Shown here: in pieces, positions 62,470 through 64,000 of the stretch
Layout of the letters: each line of letters starts with the position of its first letter
Numbering within the stretch: the first letter of the stretch is position 1
Assembly: GCF_004010195.1 (NCBI RefSeq)
Contig: NC_057726.1
Location: 69,947,468-70,011,467 of the forward strand
Direction: 5' to 3'
From: Chiloscyllium plagiosum
Lineage: Eukaryota
Length of the DNA: 64,000 nt
Notes under the pieces: generated by a model
Told to the model about the DNA's origin: nothing
What the model saw: the letters and a program-made list of their open reading frames with translations, nothing else
The model's database searches: none
Translations under genes and position numbers: made by a program

Positions 62470-63388
62470 CCTCCTTACCAATATCTGGTACCCCGTGCTG
62501 AAATTTGGAGAGCTGTCTCACTGACTAGTCAACCAAGAGTCTGACATAGTCATACTCATGGAATCATACCCTACAGATAACACCCCAGATACCACCATTA
62601 TCATCGCTAACTATGTCCTGTCCTACAGACCCAGCAGAGGTGTTGGAATACTATTCGTAGGGAGTTTTCCTGGGAATCCTTGACTCAAGACCCCATTCAG
62701 TTTCATGGCTTCAGGTTAAACATGGGCGGGGAAACCTCTTACTGGTTACCACGTATGGTCCTCCTTTGGCTGACGAATCAGTACTCCTCCATATTGAACA
62801 ACACTTGGGGGAAGCACTGAGGGTGGCAAGGGCGCAAAATGTACTCTGGGTGGGGGAAGTCAATGTCCACCACAAAGAGTGGTATGGCAGCAGCATTACT
62901 GATCAAGCTGGTCGGGCTCTAAAGGATATAATGCCGAGACTGGTTCTGCAACATTGGTGAAGGTACCAACAAGAGGAAAAAAACACACTTGTCCTCATCC
63001 TTACTGACCTGCCAGCTGCAGAATGATCTGTCCATGACAGTATAGGTAAAATTGACCAACGTACTGTCCTTGTGAAGATGAAGTCCCACCTTCACATTGA
63101 GAATAACCTCCATCATGTTACGTGACACTATCACCATGCTAAATGTGACACACTCTGAACCAATCTAGCAGCTCAAGACTGGGCATCCATGAGGCACTGT
63201 GGGCCATCAACAGCAGTGGAACTGTACTCCAGCACAATCTGCAATCTCATGGCCAGGTATATGCCTCACTCAACCATTACCATCAAGCCAGGGGATCATC
63301 CCTGGTTCAATGGATTGTACAGTAGGGCATTCCAGGAGAAGCATCATGCATACCTGAAAATGAGGTGTCAACCTGGTGAAGTTACTAA
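62470..63388 (+). mobile_element. Decayed CR1/L2-type LINE ORF2 (APE endonuclease region)
   Basis: DIVILMESY, TTYGPP, WVGEVNVHHKEW and KPGDHPWFN motifs. Confidence 0.75.
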
Positions 63389-64000
63389 ACTGAAACTTTA
63401 TTGCTGGAACAGCACAGCAGGTCAGGCAGCATCTAGGGAACAGAAGATTCGACGTTTCGGGCACATGCCCTTCTTCAGGAATGAGCAGAGAGTGTTCAGC
63501 AGGAGAAGATAAAAGGTAGGGAGGAGGGACTTGGAGGAGGGGCGTTGGAAATGTGATAGGTGGAAAGAGGTAAAGGTGAAGGTGATAGGTCGGAGTAGGG
63601 TGGAGGCGGAGAGGGCAAGAAGAAGACTGCAGGCCAGGAAGGCGGTGCCGGGCTGGAGGGATCCGGCTGAGACAAGGTGGGGGGAGGGGGGATGAAGAAA
63701 CTGGTGAAGTCCAAGTTCATCCCCTGCGGTTGGAGGGTCCCCAGTCGGAAGATAAGACGCTCCTCCTCCGACCATCGGGTTGTTGTGGTTTGGCGGTGGA
63801 TGAGTCCAATGACCTGCATATCCTCGGTGGAGTGGGAGGGGGAGTTGAAATGCTGTGCTACAGGGTGGTTGGGTTGGTTCGTCCGAGTGGCCCAGAGGTG
63901 CTCTCTGAATCGCTCCGCAAGTAGGCGGCCTGTCCCCCCAATATAGAGGAGGCCACACCGGCTGCAGCGGATGCAGTAGATGATGTGGGTGGAGGTGCAG
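63389..64000 (-). mobile_element. Penelope-like element 3' part (GIY-YIG endonuclease + pLTR with hammerhead motif at 63446-63482)
   Basis: Minus frame IIYCIRCSRCGLLYIGETGR...RFREH...PVAQHFN...EEERLIFRLGTLQPQGMN. Confidence 0.92.

Overview
Eukaryotic, repeat-rich draft-assembly DNA with three N gaps. The repeat content (HE1/V-SINEs, CR1 LINEs, Penelope-like elements) points to a cartilaginous fish, most likely a shark; this is inferred. Among the transposons, all on the + strand, lies a tandem cluster of non-rearranging Ig-superfamily receptor genes. Gene B (22379-38964) has a germline-joined VJ-type V exon, a C1-set exon, an uncharged TM exon, a GC-donor micro-exon and two cytoplasmic exons carrying SIRP-alpha-like ITIM/ITSM tyrosine motifs; its leader exon was not found with confidence. 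Gene C (53652-60483) is a close paralogue of B's ectodomain with a frameshifted V exon, ending in an Arg-containing, short-tailed, activating-type TM exon that has a nonsense codon. Gene A (16373-18459) is the decayed TM and cytoplasmic half of a further inhibitory paralogue whose terminal-exon signalling tyrosines are replaced. Together they look like a birth-and-death paired (inhibitory/activating) VJ-C1 receptor family. Most TM and tail exons are absent from the ORF track or only partly captured by it, and were assembled by hand from splice sites and phases. The rest is an ERV remnant (LTR, PBS, gag-pro), CR1, L1, L2 and Gypsy fragments, SINEs, Penelope terminal repeats with minimal hammerhead ribozyme motifs, and a solo-LTR-like element with a 4x115-bp array.
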